Below, in pieces: positions 18,928 to 29,631 of a stretch of 64,000 bases of DNA. The number at the start of each line of letters is the position of its first letter. Within the stretch, counting starts at the first letter, position 1. The translations under genes were made by a program, and so were the position numbers. The notes below the pieces were generated by a model. It saw only the letters and a list, made by a program, of their open reading frames with translations, made no database searches and was not told the DNA's origin. This stretch comes from Longimicrobiales bacterium (GTDB taxonomy: Bacteria > Gemmatimonadota > Gemmatimonadetes > Longimicrobiales > Gaopeijiaceae): assembly GCA_965219445.1 (NCBI GenBank), contig CBDCNQ010000003.1, positions 384,001-448,000 of the forward strand. The letters run 5' to 3'.

Positions 18928-21900
18928 TTAGTACGCCCACTCCCGGAACAGCGAGAGTCCCAGCCCCTTTTCGCTCTCGACTCCGAGCTCGCCGAAGCCC
19001 ACGGCACGACCTCTGAAAAAACGGTCCTCGAAGTAGGTTTCGATCGTGTAGGATTCGGTGGGGACCCACTCGAAACGGAGCCCTGGCCAGCGGTCCGTGC
19101 CGGCCGCCTGGCCCGACGCAGGCCGGAAAAGCAGGGTCAGAAACATGTCGTCAGCCACGTAAAATCCCGTTTGGACGACCGTCGTGCTAAGGGCTCCACC
19201 GACGTTGCTCGCGCCGAGAGCGCCCATGTCCTGCTGTGTAATGGACAGGTAGTCCAAAAAGTCCAGCCCCAGTTCCTGCGTCACTACCGCGCCTAGTTGG
19301 TTACTGAAACTGCTGAGCCCCAGGGTGCCGAGCGCCCCCGCCGCAGTGCCGAGCAGTTGGCTCTGGCCAGAAGTCAGGGCGTAGGTTGGGCGACCGAACC
19401 AGAGGTAACTCAGTAAATCATCTTCGGTGAACCCGGGCTCTTCGCTACTGAGTGTCACCCTGGGTGAAACGAGCGTTCCGGTGACGGAAGCAGTGATGGT
19501 AAACCGATCACCCTCCGGCGTCCTGATATCATTGCTGGCCGTGAGATCGAGGTCCGGGTCGATCCCGGGGGTCCCCAGGAATCGCACGGTTCCGCCATCC
19601 ACCTGAAACTGCCGCCTGAAGGCACTCAACCCGTATAAATACGATCCGCGTATGGCCTCCAGAGAGCCGACGAGGGCCACATCCTGGTTCTGCCGGTCGT
19701 AAAGCACGTCGAGCTCGCCATCCAGTTCCACATCCATCAGCTCGCTGCGAATCCAATTGTCCCGCCGAACCGCCAACGTCGTGTTTTCCATGCGAATGTT
19801 TCGCAGGAAAGGATTTTCGCCGGCAACGAGCGGCCGGAAGCCCACCGTGGTCGTATCGACCACGCTCGACGCGGCCGAGCGCTCGAAGAAGAGATCGGAA
19901 ACCTCCGCCGCGCGCTGGAATTCCTCCCAAAAGAGGGTTCCGTCGTCGACGAAGAGATCACCGGAGATCACGGGCCTCGAGTAAGACCCCTCTAGTCGAA
20001 TATCACCGCTCAGACGGCCCGTCACATCACGCCGGTCCAGCGCCTGGAACTCGTCGAAACGGACGTCCAGATCGAGTCCTGGGTCGGATGCCGTGGTCAG
20101 TGTCACTGTGCCGTCGACCCTGGCGGTTCCCAGCGCTCGGGCCTCCAGATCCATCTCCAACCGTCCATCTGGGAACCAATCCAACGTACCGGTGACCTCT
20201 TGATGGCGTACACCGAGACCACTCAGAAAGGCGCTTCCTCCCTCTACGATAAGCCGGCCTTCGGGGGCGAGGCTTCTCGACGTCCCCCCGACATCAACCC
20301 GCCCGGACATCGTCCCGGCCACCTCTTCGAAGCCCGGGAACGGCGCCATGATCAGTGAGAGCGGGAGCAGGTCCGACACGACCACCAGATCGATCACCTC
20401 CCCTGGAAGGCGGTCCTCGACCGCGTTGAACGAGAGATCCAGAGGAAGTTCTCCGGCCAACGTAAGTATCTGGCGTGAATCCCTCCTCAACGCCACATCA
20501 CCAGTGGCCGTCCGGTCTGCGTAACTCACCTCGGCCTCGAGCTCGTCGAGAACGTAGGCACGGAAACGGAAATCATCGGCCAGGAGGGCCAGACCTATCA
20601 CGGGCTCCGCATCGGTTCCCGTAAGGCTGAGATCCAGATCGACCATACCGTCGAGCACTTCCTCCAGTTGAAGTACTCGCGCGATTCGGCCGACATCAAG
20701 AGCCTCGGCCTCCAGCCTGAGATCCGCCTCCCCATCGAATGGAAACCGGCCTTGAGCCTGGAGCCGCATGCCGCCTAATCGGGGGCTCCTCAACCGGAAG
20801 TCCCTCAAAGTGAGCCCGTCCGCGTCCCAGGAAATCGTACTGGGTCCACCGAGATTCCAACGCTCATCCGGGAAGCGGAGCACCAATTCGTCGAGGTGGA
20901 CGGTGCGTACGTCACCCTCCTCCTCAAAGGCAAGACGGCCCTGATAGCTTTCGTCCGGGGATCGCACCAAAAGGAAATCCGCGCTGCCGGCCGACTCACC
21001 GTAGTCGAAGCTCGCCGAGACCGAATCGAACTCCCTCTCGAAGACGCTCATCGCACCCGCGTCGAGCTGAACGGACACCTCCCGCTCCGGAGAAAATAGG
21101 CCAGTCACCGACAAGGAGACCTCAGCCTGCTCAACGAGATTCCCCCCATAAGAGCCGTCTTCGACTTCGGCCCGGCCCCTGACGGACAGACTCTCAAGCG
21201 ACCCGCCGAGCACAAGCTCACCTACCATCCGCCCGGACACGAGCACTTCTGAGAGTGTCGGAAGTGTATCCGGATCGATCGCCTCGAACTCGAGGATCTG
21301 GCGCTCGAGAACCGAGAGTGTGTCGCCCGCGATCACGTCGGCGCCGAGCAGGAGTGGACGAAGGCCTTCCAAGTTATCCGTCTCGAAGCTCACCCGAAGT
21401 CCGTCCGGGGGACCATCGCCTGCCGTCGCAAGTTGTCCGCCGCCCTCTACCGTCACATCCCCTATCCGACCGAGAACATTGTCCATGGTGACGATCCCAT
21501 TCGAGATCCGCAGATCGATCGACACGGTATCGACCGTCAGATCGGCGAACCGGGAGTCATTCAGACTCAGGCCACCGGCCAGCTCCGCCGTTCTCAGGTT
21601 GCCACCTTCTCCGAACAGATCAAACGATCCAGACAGGACTGTACCCTCGGGGAGCCCGGGCGCGATCTCCAAGGCATCGTAATCGAAAGCTTCTCCTCTG
21701 ACCCTGTAGGACGCCAACGGCGACCGGAGGTCGAAGCTGCTCTCCAGGGTAAGGCGGCCGCCCTCGGTCGTCAGGTCGCTCCTGAGCACGAAATCCGACA
21801 AAGGCCCCTCGGCGTGCAGCGTTCCGCGTGCCAGTCCGAGCCGGGACAGGGGCGAGTCCTCCCCGAAGAGACCGGAGATCGAAAGAGGGTTCAGTTCGCC

Positions 21901-23430
21901 ATCGAGCGAGACTCGAGTCTCCCCATCGACGTCCCTCAAAATTCCCCGGAGCGACACATGCGACGCTTCCGACAGCGAGTCGGGAAGGGTGCCCTCCGCG
22001 AACACCCGAATGCCAGTATCCAGCCAGCCGTCGGCCTGAATATCGAGGCTCAAAGAGCCGTCCGTTGAGAATCCCTCGGCCACGCGATTGAGTAAACTCA
22101 AATCCAGCGGAATCAGCCGCGCAGTCAGCCCGGTTACGCCCAGAGGGCGCTGAAGGTGAAGCACGCCCTCGATTTCGGCCCCTGTCGGGCCCGCGTCTGG
22201 CTCCAACAAGTCCATCCGGCCCGCCACCCTCACGGAGTCTATCGTACCCGAGAGATCGAGGTTCCCGTACAACCGTCCCTCCAACGGCAGCTCGATCGAG
22301 ACGAATTCTTGTAACGCCGATACGGGTAGAGCGGACACGTCCAGTGTCGCGTCTTGAAGCTCGGTCTCTCCGCCCGGGAAACGTCTGAGAGTCCCGCGAC
22401 CCTCGATTTGCCCGCCGTCGATCGCGAGCCTCCCGCTAGACCAACTCCCGCGCAGCCCATCGGATCCGAACTCGACGTCTACGCGGCCACTGGCGCGACC
22501 GTCGGGCAGGCGGGGTTCGAGCCACTTCAAATCGGACAGATCCAGGCTCTCCACGACGGCGTCGACGGTGAGATCCGGTACGCCTCCCTCAACCAAGTCT
22601 ATCGCCCCCGATCCGCTGGCTGTGCCCCCCAAGAGATTCAACGTGTCGGCGTTGACCAAGATCCGATCCCCGGACCAAGCGACTCTTCCTACGAAACTCT
22701 GCACCTGGATCGGGTCTTGAAAGACTCGGCCTTCGAAGGCGAGTCCGGTAACGCTCATTCGAATACCGTCCCCGGCCGGATCCGTCGCCACCACCCCGTC
22801 GAAGTGGCCCTCGATTCCGTGAAACCCCAGGACGCGCATCAAGCCCCCCCCATCCGGTCCGGGCTCGCTCCGGAACCGGGAGGCCGGATCGGCTGGCGAC
22901 ATCAGTGGATAGCGTACATCGACGCTCCCGTCCCGGATGTCGACCCCGTCGAACAGGAACCGCGCCCCAGCCTCGGTGACGTCAGTTACATCGTCAAGCT
23001 CCACCGCGAGCGAGTCTGTGCCGTCGAGGAAGGCCGCGAGATTGAATGGCTGGTCCGGCGCCTCTTTGGTGATGGTGAGTCTGGGCCTCCAGAGTGTGAG
23101 CCCCGTAAGAGCGACCTCTCCGCTGAGCATCGTGCGAATGGAGTACTCGGCCTCAACCGAGTCCACTGCCAATATCGGACCCCCGTCCGCCGCCGTGACC
23201 CGGACCCCAAGCAGGTGGGCTCCTCTGTGGAGTCCCTCAGAACGCAGGCCGGAAATCACGATCTCGCCGTTGAGGTTTCCCTCGATTCGCCGGAGGACCT
23301 GCTCCACCACGAACGCTTGCCCGAAGCTCGAGCGCGTGAGGACAACGATGCTGACGACCGCTCCCAGAACCAGGATCACAAGGATGCCGGCCCCTATCTT
23401 CAACGCTTTTCGGGCCCGAGGCATACTCAT
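18928..23430 (-). CDS. tamB: translocation/assembly module TamB family protein
   Basis: ~1500 aa, N-terminal TM anchor, repetitive beta-taenia sequence, C-terminal F.GTPGIDP.LD and GTL.SP.V.LSS; downstream of an Omp85 gene. Confidence 0.88.
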   Translation of the reverse strand: MSMPRARKALKIGAGILVILVLGAVVSIVVLTRSSFGQAFVVEQVLRRIEGNLNGEIVISGLRSEGLHRGAHLLGVRVTAADGGPILAVDSVEAEYSIRTMLSGEVALTGLTLWRPRLTITKEAPDQPFNLAAFLDGTDSLAVELDDVTDVTEAGARFLFDGVDIRDGSVDVRYPLMSPADPASRFRSEPGPDGGGLMRVLGFHGIEGHFDGVVATDPAGDGIRMSVTGLAFEGRVFQDPIQVQSFVGRVAWSGDRILVNADTLNLLGGTASGSGAIDLVEGGVPDLTVDAVVESLDLSDLKWLEPRLPDGRASGRVDVEFGSDGLRGSWSSGRLAIDGGQIEGRGTLRRFPGGETELQDATLDVSALPVSALQEFVSIELPLEGRLYGNLDLSGTIDSVRVAGRMDLLEPDAGPTGAEIEGVLHLQRPLGVTGLTARLIPLDLSLLNRVAEGFSTDGSLSLDIQADGWLDTGIRVFAEGTLPDSLSEASHVSLRGILRDVDGETRVSLDGELNPLSISGLFGEDSPLSRLGLARGTLHAEGPLSDFVLRSDLTTEGGRLTLESSFDLRSPLASYRVRGEAFDYDALEIAPGLPEGTVLSGSFDLFGEGGNLRTAELAGGLSLNDSRFADLTVDTVSIDLRISNGIVTMDNVLGRIGDVTVEGGGQLATAGDGPPDGLRVSFETDNLEGLRPLLLGADVIAGDTLSVLERQILEFEAIDPDTLPTLSEVLVSGRMVGELVLGGSLESLSVRGRAEVEDGSYGGNLVEQAEVSLSVTGLFSPEREVSVQLDAGAMSVFEREFDSVSASFDYGESAGSADFLLVRSPDESYQGRLAFEEEGDVRTVHLDELVLRFPDERWNLGGPSTISWDADGLTLRDFRLRSPRLGGMRLQAQGRFPFDGEADLRLEAEALDVGRIARVLQLEEVLDGMVDLDLSLTGTDAEPVIGLALLADDFRFRAYVLDELEAEVSYADRTATGDVALRRDSRQILTLAGELPLDLSFNAVEDRLPGEVIDLVVVSDLLPLSLIMAPFPGFEEVAGTMSGRVDVGGTSRSLAPEGRLIVEGGSAFLSGLGVRHQEVTGTLDWFPDGRLEMDLEARALGTARVDGTVTLTTASDPGLDLDVRFDEFQALDRRDVTGRLSGDIRLEGSYSRPVISGDLFVDDGTLFWEEFQRAAEVSDLFFERSAASSVVDTTTVGFRPLVAGENPFLRNIRMENTTLAVRRDNWIRSELMDVELDGELDVLYDRQNQDVALVGSLEAIRGSYLYGLSAFRRQFQVDGGTVRFLGTPGIDPDLDLTASNDIRTPEGDRFTITASVTGTLVSPRVTLSSEEPGFTEDDLLSYLWFGRPTYALTSGQSQLLGTAAGALGTLGLSSFSNQLGAVVTQELGLDFLDYLSITQQDMGALGASNVGGALSTTVVQTGFYVADDMFLTLLFRPASGQAAGTDRWPGLRFEWVPTESYTIETYFEDRFFRGRAVGFGELGVESEKGLGLSLFREWAY

Positions 23431-23431
23431 T

Positions 23432-25654
23432 CTAAAACGCCTGTCCGATGCCGAGATGGAGTTGAAAGCGCCGGAACGAGAAACCACCCGAAGGGCCAAA
23501 GGATACCCGCTGATTGAGCAATGCGAGCTCCTCGGAACGCACGAAATCGATCACCTGCTCTTCGCCGTCAACGTCGCCGCGTATCCTGTCCGCTGGGTCA
23601 TCATTGGGGCCCAAAGGACGGATCTGGTTGGTGATGACCTGCAACCTCTCCTGGCTGCGGAATTGGTATCCCAGGTCCACCCTGATCGGCCCGACCGGAC
23701 TCAGGTACCGGATCCCTATTCCCGGTGTGATCTCGAATCGACTCACGGCACTGGACTCCTGTTCCGCCCAGATCCGTCCAAAGTCGGCAAAAATCGCAGT
23801 CTGCAGGCCCCGACCCATCAACATCCGGTACTCGATGCCACCCTCGAGAACCATACTGCCGCCGGTCGGGCGCGGTGTTCCGAACGCCCCGGACCTCAGC
23901 ACGTTGGCGTCACACGTGAGGTCCGTGATCTCGGCAGGGGCACAGGGCGCCATCTGCCCGGAGCGCGCAGGGAATAGAAGGCTGGAAGGATCTACAGTGA
24001 GCACTCGCGGCCCGAGTTGGTTCTGTGCAAACCCCCGGACGCTGTTCGCCCCCCCCGAGAAGAACCGTTTTTGGGGATGGATGACGTCGGCTCCTCCAGA
24101 AAAGAGTGCGAATGAGCCAGCGCCGACCCATCCCCCTTGGACACGAGCGGCCAACACCTGGCCAGGCAATGTCTCGATGTAGGCGGTCGCTTCGCTCAGT
24201 GCCCGATCGTACTGGAACTCGGAACCCGTTACAGCGGACGCGTGCTCGAAGTTGAGCACGATCTGGTATCCGCTGGTCGGGTTCAGAACGCTGTTGGTAA
24301 CTGATCGCACCATGCTCACGGAGATCGGGGCCAACCAGTTTTGTTCCTGCAAGGCCGACACGTCCTCGGGCGTGCACACCAGGAACGAAGTACAAAAGAA
24401 GACCTCCGCTGCTGCCAGCTCCGTGAGCTCGGGCCGGTACGCGAAGGTTAAGAACGTGTATGCACCCAGTGTCTGAGACAAGGCGAGGTCCACACCCACG
24501 GACCTGCGAACATACACATCCTGTAGGCTCTGACGCTCGAAGAACAAGTTCGACCCGAACGTCAAGCTCTGGCGAACCAACGGCTGCGTGAACTCCGCGG
24601 AAAACAACCAATTCACCCCCCCGAATTCATCGACGGCGGCTTGACCACAGAAACCATCCCGGAGTTGTTCGGCAAACCAGTTGGACCCACGTGCCCGGAG
24701 CTGGAGCCGTCTCGCTCCACCGTAGAAGTTTCGGCTCGTCCATCGCGTTTCGGCATTCACGCAGTCCGAGCTGCTCCATCCCCCGCCGAGACGCATACTG
24801 TGAACGTCCGACTCGGTGACCCGTACCTGGAGGGCGACCACACTGTCGGGCACGAGGCCCGCCGGATCCACCGCCTCGACGATCGATGCGCGCTGGACAA
24901 GCTCGATGGAGAACAGATTACGCTGCGCCTCGAGCGTACGTACCTCGGAATATTCCTCGCCCTCCTCGAAGCGGAGCAGCTCGCGGATCACGTTATCGTC
25001 GAGCTCTTCGTTGCCGACGAGGGTGATTGGCCCAAAAACGGCATGCGGCCCTCTGTCGACTTCGAACGTGACATCCGCCTGGTAGGGGCTCTCCGCGGGC
25101 AGGCGCCACGAACGGGATACGTCGGCACGCGGATAGCCGCGGTTTCGGAACCGTTGGATCAGTGTATCTCGGGTTGCGGCGAGATCGATCGCATTGAGTA
25201 GGCCACCCACTTGGATGGGCAGCTCAGCCGTAGGATCGAATCCGTCGAAACCGTCCGCCCCCTCCACAGTGAGGCTCGCAACTCGTACGGGTGACCCTTC
25301 ATCGATGCGAAAGGACAACTCCACCGCGTCCTCCGAAGGACGCGCGATCACCGTGTCGACCCGGGCGTCTCGATAACCGCGGATGTTGTAGAAGTTCGTG
25401 AGCCGTAAGACATCGTTTGACAACTCGCGGTCATTCAAATCTTCGTGCAGGACACCAAAAACACAGAGTCCGCGAGGCCAGAATGAGCGGCATCTCGTCT
25501 CACGATTGACGATGGTGCGAGCGAGCGAATCCTCCGGAAAGGCCTCGTTCCCCTCAAACTCGATGTTCATGACCTCGACGGAGGGTGCTTGGGCGAGGAG
25601 CGGAGCCTCCGCCACTAGTAACACGAGAAAGACGAGGGTGGACGAGATCCGCAT
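23432..25654 (-). CDS. tamA: Omp85 family protein (TamA/BamA-like)
   Basis: POTRA repeats (I.FEGN..F, Y..RGY), RFFSGGANSVRGF, GIRYLSPVGPIRVDLGY, terminal HLGIGQAF. Confidence 0.88.
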   Translation of the reverse strand: MRISSTLVFLVLLVAEAPLLAQAPSVEVMNIEFEGNEAFPEDSLARTIVNRETRCRSFWPRGLCVFGVLHEDLNDRELSNDVLRLTNFYNIRGYRDARVDTVIARPSEDAVELSFRIDEGSPVRVASLTVEGADGFDGFDPTAELPIQVGGLLNAIDLAATRDTLIQRFRNRGYPRADVSRSWRLPAESPYQADVTFEVDRGPHAVFGPITLVGNEELDDNVIRELLRFEEGEEYSEVRTLEAQRNLFSIELVQRASIVEAVDPAGLVPDSVVALQVRVTESDVHSMRLGGGWSSSDCVNAETRWTSRNFYGGARRLQLRARGSNWFAEQLRDGFCGQAAVDEFGGVNWLFSAEFTQPLVRQSLTFGSNLFFERQSLQDVYVRRSVGVDLALSQTLGAYTFLTFAYRPELTELAAAEVFFCTSFLVCTPEDVSALQEQNWLAPISVSMVRSVTNSVLNPTSGYQIVLNFEHASAVTGSEFQYDRALSEATAYIETLPGQVLAARVQGGWVGAGSFALFSGGADVIHPQKRFFSGGANSVRGFAQNQLGPRVLTVDPSSLLFPARSGQMAPCAPAEITDLTCDANVLRSGAFGTPRPTGGSMVLEGGIEYRMLMGRGLQTAIFADFGRIWAEQESSAVSRFEITPGIGIRYLSPVGPIRVDLGYQFRSQERLQVITNQIRPLGPNDDPADRIRGDVDGEEQVIDFVRSEELALLNQRVSFGPSGGFSFRRFQLHLGIGQAF

Positions 25655-25662
25655 GCTGCCTA

Positions 25663-25860
25663 TTACCTAGCCCCCGCTCCCAGCCGGCTGGTGACCCCTG
25701 GCTCACGGGCCACGCGGGGTGGAGCCTTGGACTCTACGTTCTCACGAGCCAGAAGCATCCGAACCAGATAGAAGGACAAGCCGCTGACACCCAAGGCGAC
25801 GGCCAGCGCACCCATTGTTTCGCGTATTCCCGCCTCCTTCTGCACATAGAACTTGGTCAT
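25663..25860 (-). CDS. small hypothetical membrane protein
   Basis: 65 aa with one hydrophobic helix; ATGA overlap with upstream gene and fills the operon gap. Confidence 0.6.
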   Translation of the reverse strand: MTKFYVQKEAGIRETMGALAVALGVSGLSFYLVRMLLARENVESKAPPRVAREPGVTSRLGAGAR

Positions 25861-26672
25861 ACGCCACGCCGGATTCTGATGGGATCACGCCCGACGAACC
25901 CCGCTCCGTCGCTTTCGAACCAGTGGGGAATCACTTCGATTTCTTGTGTGCCGACCTTCAACACATTCACACTGTTTTCCCCTTTCTCAACCTCTCGGCC
26001 CCGGCTAGACGCAGCGGTCCCGCTATGGACGATGGCGATATCGCCACGATCCCGATGCTCCGGTCGCACTTGGGACGAGCGCGTCACAAAGCCGCGATGC
26101 AGATGACCACTGAGAACCAAATCCACTCCCAACTCCCGGAATCGGTCCAGGAGGGCTCCGCTCCTCGGTATGGTCGCGTCGGACCCACCATCCGGGGGAG
26201 GAGCCAACGCATGGTGCGTCACTACGATACGGACATTCTCATCAAATGTTTCCTGGAAGACGCGTGCCAGAAATCGGAGTTGATGATCTTCGATGCGTCC
26301 GTTGACGATCGAGCGGTGTGGATCCGCCGAGTTAAGCGCCACGAACACCGCCGGGCCGATCCGGGTTACCGCATCCATCTCCTCCGAGATGAACGCGCGA
26401 TAATTCCGGAACGGAGCGAACATCCGCTCATGAACCCGGTAGAGCGGGATGTCGTGGTTCCCCGGCGTGACGACGATGGGCACATCCTGAAGCTCGCGGA
26501 GGAAAGTTCGGGCCTGCTCATATTCTCGGACCTTGGCCCGCTGCGTGAAGTCCCCGGCCAAGACGATCACATCGGGCGCCACCGTTCGCGCCATGTGGAG
26601 AAAAGCGGTGGCGGCATGCGGCCGGTGCGGTCTGCCAAAGTGCACGTCCGACCCGTGTAGGACCGTCAGCAT
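25857..26672 (-). CDS. calcineurin-like metallophosphoesterase
   Basis: SDVHFG, AGDFTQRA, PGNHD, THH, LSGHLH. Confidence 0.9.
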   Translation of the reverse strand: MLTVLHGSDVHFGRPHRPHAATAFLHMARTVAPDVIVLAGDFTQRAKVREYEQARTFLRELQDVPIVVTPGNHDIPLYRVHERMFAPFRNYRAFISEEMDAVTRIGPAVFVALNSADPHRSIVNGRIEDHQLRFLARVFQETFDENVRIVVTHHALAPPPDGGSDATIPRSGALLDRFRELGVDLVLSGHLHRGFVTRSSQVRPEHRDRGDIAIVHSGTAASSRGREVEKGENSVNVLKVGTQEIEVIPHWFESDGAGFVGRDPIRIRRGV

Positions 26673-26696
26673 TCTCGCGTCATCTTGCCCGATGCG

Positions 26697-27554
26697 TCAG
26701 GCTGCTGCTCCTTCTGACTCCCCTCCCGCGGACCAGGCCCGGCTCACCCCCAAAAGACCGATGAGCACGAGCGTGACGGCGAGGCCCTGAGCGAGTGTGA
26801 GGGGGCCTAAGAAGCGGTCGTCCTTGACCCGAACGAACTCGACCAGGAACCGCTCGACGCTGAGCAACGTCAAGCCAATCCACCAGAGCCAGCCAGCCCC
26901 GTGCTCGTGGACCCGGAGCTTCCAGAGCACGAAAAAGATGGTGGAGGCCATCACAATCTCGTAGAGCTGAGTCGGGTGCACGGGAACGACCTGGCCGAAG
27001 CGCTCGACCAGAGCCGGATCGACCCGAACACCGAAGTAGCTTTCGAGAACGTCCACACGCGTGGGCGGCGTGCCTTGCGGAAAGGCAATCCCAATCCAGG
27101 AGTCAGTGGGACGCCCGTAGTCGTCGCCGACCAAGAAGCATCCCATCCGGCCAACTGCATATCCGATCGTGAGTGTCGGGGAGCAGAGGTCCGCAATCTC
27201 TCCGAGTGGGAGGCCCCTCCTCTTGATTTCGATGACGATGAGAAGAAGCGCCCCCGCAAACCCTCCGTACCACACCATTCCGCCCCGGGAAAAAATAGCC
27301 GATACCGGGTCGGCAAGAAGCGCCTCGTAGTTTAGGAGGACATAGTAGGCCTTGGCCCCGATGACGCCTCCCAGTACGGCCATGAACACCAGATCCCAGG
27401 CCCGCTCCGGATCGTGGCCCGCACGATCCATCTCGGCACGCAGCAACATGCCCCCAACCAGGAAGGAAAGGAACATGAACACGCCGAAGGACGTGATCGG
27501 CTCCCCCCCCATGAACGGCAGCCAGCTCGGGAGACGGAAGAAGATCGGGTACAC
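26697..27554 (-). CDS. lgt: prolipoprotein diacylglyceryl transferase
   Basis: GG.IGAK, GGMVWYGG, GRMGCFL.GDDYG, HPTQLYE, ERFLVEFVR. Confidence 0.93.
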   Translation of the reverse strand: MYPIFFRLPSWLPFMGGEPITSFGVFMFLSFLVGGMLLRAEMDRAGHDPERAWDLVFMAVLGGVIGAKAYYVLLNYEALLADPVSAIFSRGGMVWYGGFAGALLLIVIEIKRRGLPLGEIADLCSPTLTIGYAVGRMGCFLVGDDYGRPTDSWIGIAFPQGTPPTRVDVLESYFGVRVDPALVERFGQVVPVHPTQLYEIVMASTIFFVLWKLRVHEHGAGWLWWIGLTLLSVERFLVEFVRVKDDRFLGPLTLAQGLAVTLVLIGLLGVSRAWSAGGESEGAAA

Positions 27555-27591
27555 GCTCAGCCTTTTTGAAAGTTGGGATCGGAGGGCACGC

Positions 27592-28644
27592 TCACGCGGA
27601 AGCGTTCATCAATCCGGGAAAGGGCAGGCTAGGATCAGCTGAGGCGTCCAGTCCTGCGACCTCTCCTCGCTCCAGCCGAAACGCACCTGCCCGAGCCACC
27701 ATCGCGCCGTTGTCCAGTGACAGCCGCGGGGACGCATGAAGGAGTAAGCCATCGGGTTCGAGTCGTCTTGCCAGAGCCTCGCGCAGCCTCCCGTTGGCGG
27801 ACACTCCACCTCCTAGAAGCACACGTGGGCAGTCCGTCTCTTTCACCGCACGCATCGTCTTCGCCGCCAAGACATCCGCCGCCGCCGCCTGGAATGACGC
27901 GGCAACGTTCTCCCTCTCCGGCTCGAGTGATCCGTCTGCCTCGATTTCACGAACAAGGGTTACGACGGCTGTCTTCAGCCCACTGAATGAGAAATCATAG
28001 AAATCGTCGTCGCCGGGATGCTGATTCCGTCGTAGCATCGGTCGGGGAAACTGGTAGCGCGCGTCATCACCCCGTGATGCCGCCTCTTCGATGGCCGGAC
28101 CGCCCGGGTACGGCATTCCGAGAAGCCTCGCGACCTTGTCGAAGGCCTCACCCGCGGCGTCATCGCGCGTCTGCCCCAACAACTGATAAGTGCCCCACTC
28201 CGGAACGTAGAGGAGGAGCGTATGGCCACCCGAGACCAGCAACCCCACGAACGGCGGGATCGCTCGGGGGTCTTCGAGCGACGGGGCGAAGAGATGGGCT
28301 TCCATGTGATGGACGGTCACGAGTGGCTTCCCGAGACCGAAAGCAGCGGCCTTTGCCCAGCAAACACCCACCAAGAGCGCCCCGATGAGGCCCGGTCCCG
28401 CTGTGACCGCCAGAGCGTCGACATCGCTCAGCACGCAACCTGCCTCGGCCAACGCCCGATCGACCACCTCGTCGATACGCTGGACGTGGGCACGCGCCGC
28501 GATCTCCGGAACGACACCCCCATACAGGATATGCTCGTCCTGGGAGTAGATCACATGGCCATTGAGCGTGTCTGGAGCCTTCAAGAGCGCTGCGGAGGTT
28601 TCGTCACAACTCGTCTCGAGGCCCAGAATGAGCGGACCGCTCAC
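27592..28644 (-). CDS. tsaD: tRNA N6-adenosine threonylcarbamoyltransferase
   Basis: LGLETSCDET, GGVVPEIAARAH, HHMEAH, VSGGHT, DDAAGEAFDK, SFSGLKT, DNGAM. Confidence 0.97.
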   Translation of the reverse strand: MSGPLILGLETSCDETSAALLKAPDTLNGHVIYSQDEHILYGGVVPEIAARAHVQRIDEVVDRALAEAGCVLSDVDALAVTAGPGLIGALLVGVCWAKAAAFGLGKPLVTVHHMEAHLFAPSLEDPRAIPPFVGLLVSGGHTLLLYVPEWGTYQLLGQTRDDAAGEAFDKVARLLGMPYPGGPAIEEAASRGDDARYQFPRPMLRRNQHPGDDDFYDFSFSGLKTAVVTLVREIEADGSLEPERENVAASFQAAAADVLAAKTMRAVKETDCPRVLLGGGVSANGRLREALARRLEPDGLLLHASPRLSLDNGAMVARAGAFRLERGEVAGLDASADPSLPFPGLMNASA

Positions 28645-29600
28645 AGCTCGAGCCGCCTACGAACGGCGACCGTATCGGTTCCCGGCACCACGGAAACATA
28701 CGAGGGGGCGCCCTCCACAACGATCGGAACCCGGCGCTCTTCAACCACTCCCAGGTCCCCAAGAGCATAGGCCGGTACGACCGCCCTCAAGAACTCCGCC
28801 TCCATCCCCGACACGCGGCTGCGCGCACCCGTCACCAATACCTGAACGGCCTCAGGGAACACCTCGATCCGTCCACCTCCCAGAACCGGAGCCACCATGA
28901 CCGGGACTCCTTCTATCACACGCTCGATGGACTCCTCCGCGGGAATTCCCAGTCTGAGGACGTAGGGTGCAAAAGTCGCTCCGCCCATACCCGTCGTATC
29001 CACAACGGTCTCCACCGTCGTCTGCTCGCCCACATCGTTCAGGGCCACAGGAACGATGTCTAACGTATCGAGCGACTCCACGAGGCTCGCGGGTCCGCTC
29101 ACCCGAACACGGTTAGGCGTCAACGAAAGTGCACGGGTCAGAGCCAGGTCCTCCGGTAGTTCTCCACGCGTGCTGACGCGAACCGGAATAGTCCTTGTGG
29201 TCAGCCGTTCCAGGTGAACGTTGATCGCACTGGGAACGATGTCCTCCACTAGCACTCCCCGGTATCCATCCACCGGCACCCACCCCGGCTGGAGCGGAAT
29301 CACCATCTCCTCGTCCGACACGTCCGTGATGGGCACGGCCACCGACAGGCCGTCGAATCCACTGAGACGAAACATCTCGGTTGGAGGGCCACGGAAGCGG
29401 ACGAGCACCTCCCCCGGAACCGGGTCGCCCAGCACGATCCAGCCTGGGTCGTCCAGCCGGAGATTGACCGGAAGGAGTAGATCACGCTGGCTAGGGGCTC
29501 CAACGCGGACCAGAACCCAGAGGAACAGAGCCAAACCAAAGGCCGCCGCCTTGAGACGGCCGTTGCGGGCCAAGGTGCCCCAAAAAGGCCGGCCGGGCAT
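28641..29600 (-). CDS. YbbR/CdaR-like protein
   Basis: K..A..LA..LW..V N-terminal TM followed by YbbR-type repeats (V.V.F.GP, P.RVRVSGP, P..V.V.VTGA). Confidence 0.75.
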   Translation of the reverse strand: MPGRPFWGTLARNGRLKAAAFGLALFLWVLVRVGAPSQRDLLLPVNLRLDDPGWIVLGDPVPGEVLVRFRGPPTEMFRLSGFDGLSVAVPITDVSDEEMVIPLQPGWVPVDGYRGVLVEDIVPSAINVHLERLTTRTIPVRVSTRGELPEDLALTRALSLTPNRVRVSGPASLVESLDTLDIVPVALNDVGEQTTVETVVDTTGMGGATFAPYVLRLGIPAEESIERVIEGVPVMVAPVLGGGRIEVFPEAVQVLVTGARSRVSGMEAEFLRAVVPAYALGDLGVVEERRVPIVVEGAPSYVSVVPGTDTVAVRRRLEL

Positions 29601-29631
29601 GCCTACCCCGTCTTGCGGATGGGATCTGGAA

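Noticed and set aside
12804..23977. Long antisense or alternate-frame ORFs (e.g. 12804-13868, 14484-15263, 22354-23517, 22937-23977)
   Set aside because: Shadow ORFs expected in high-GC DNA opposite well-supported genes; no motifs.
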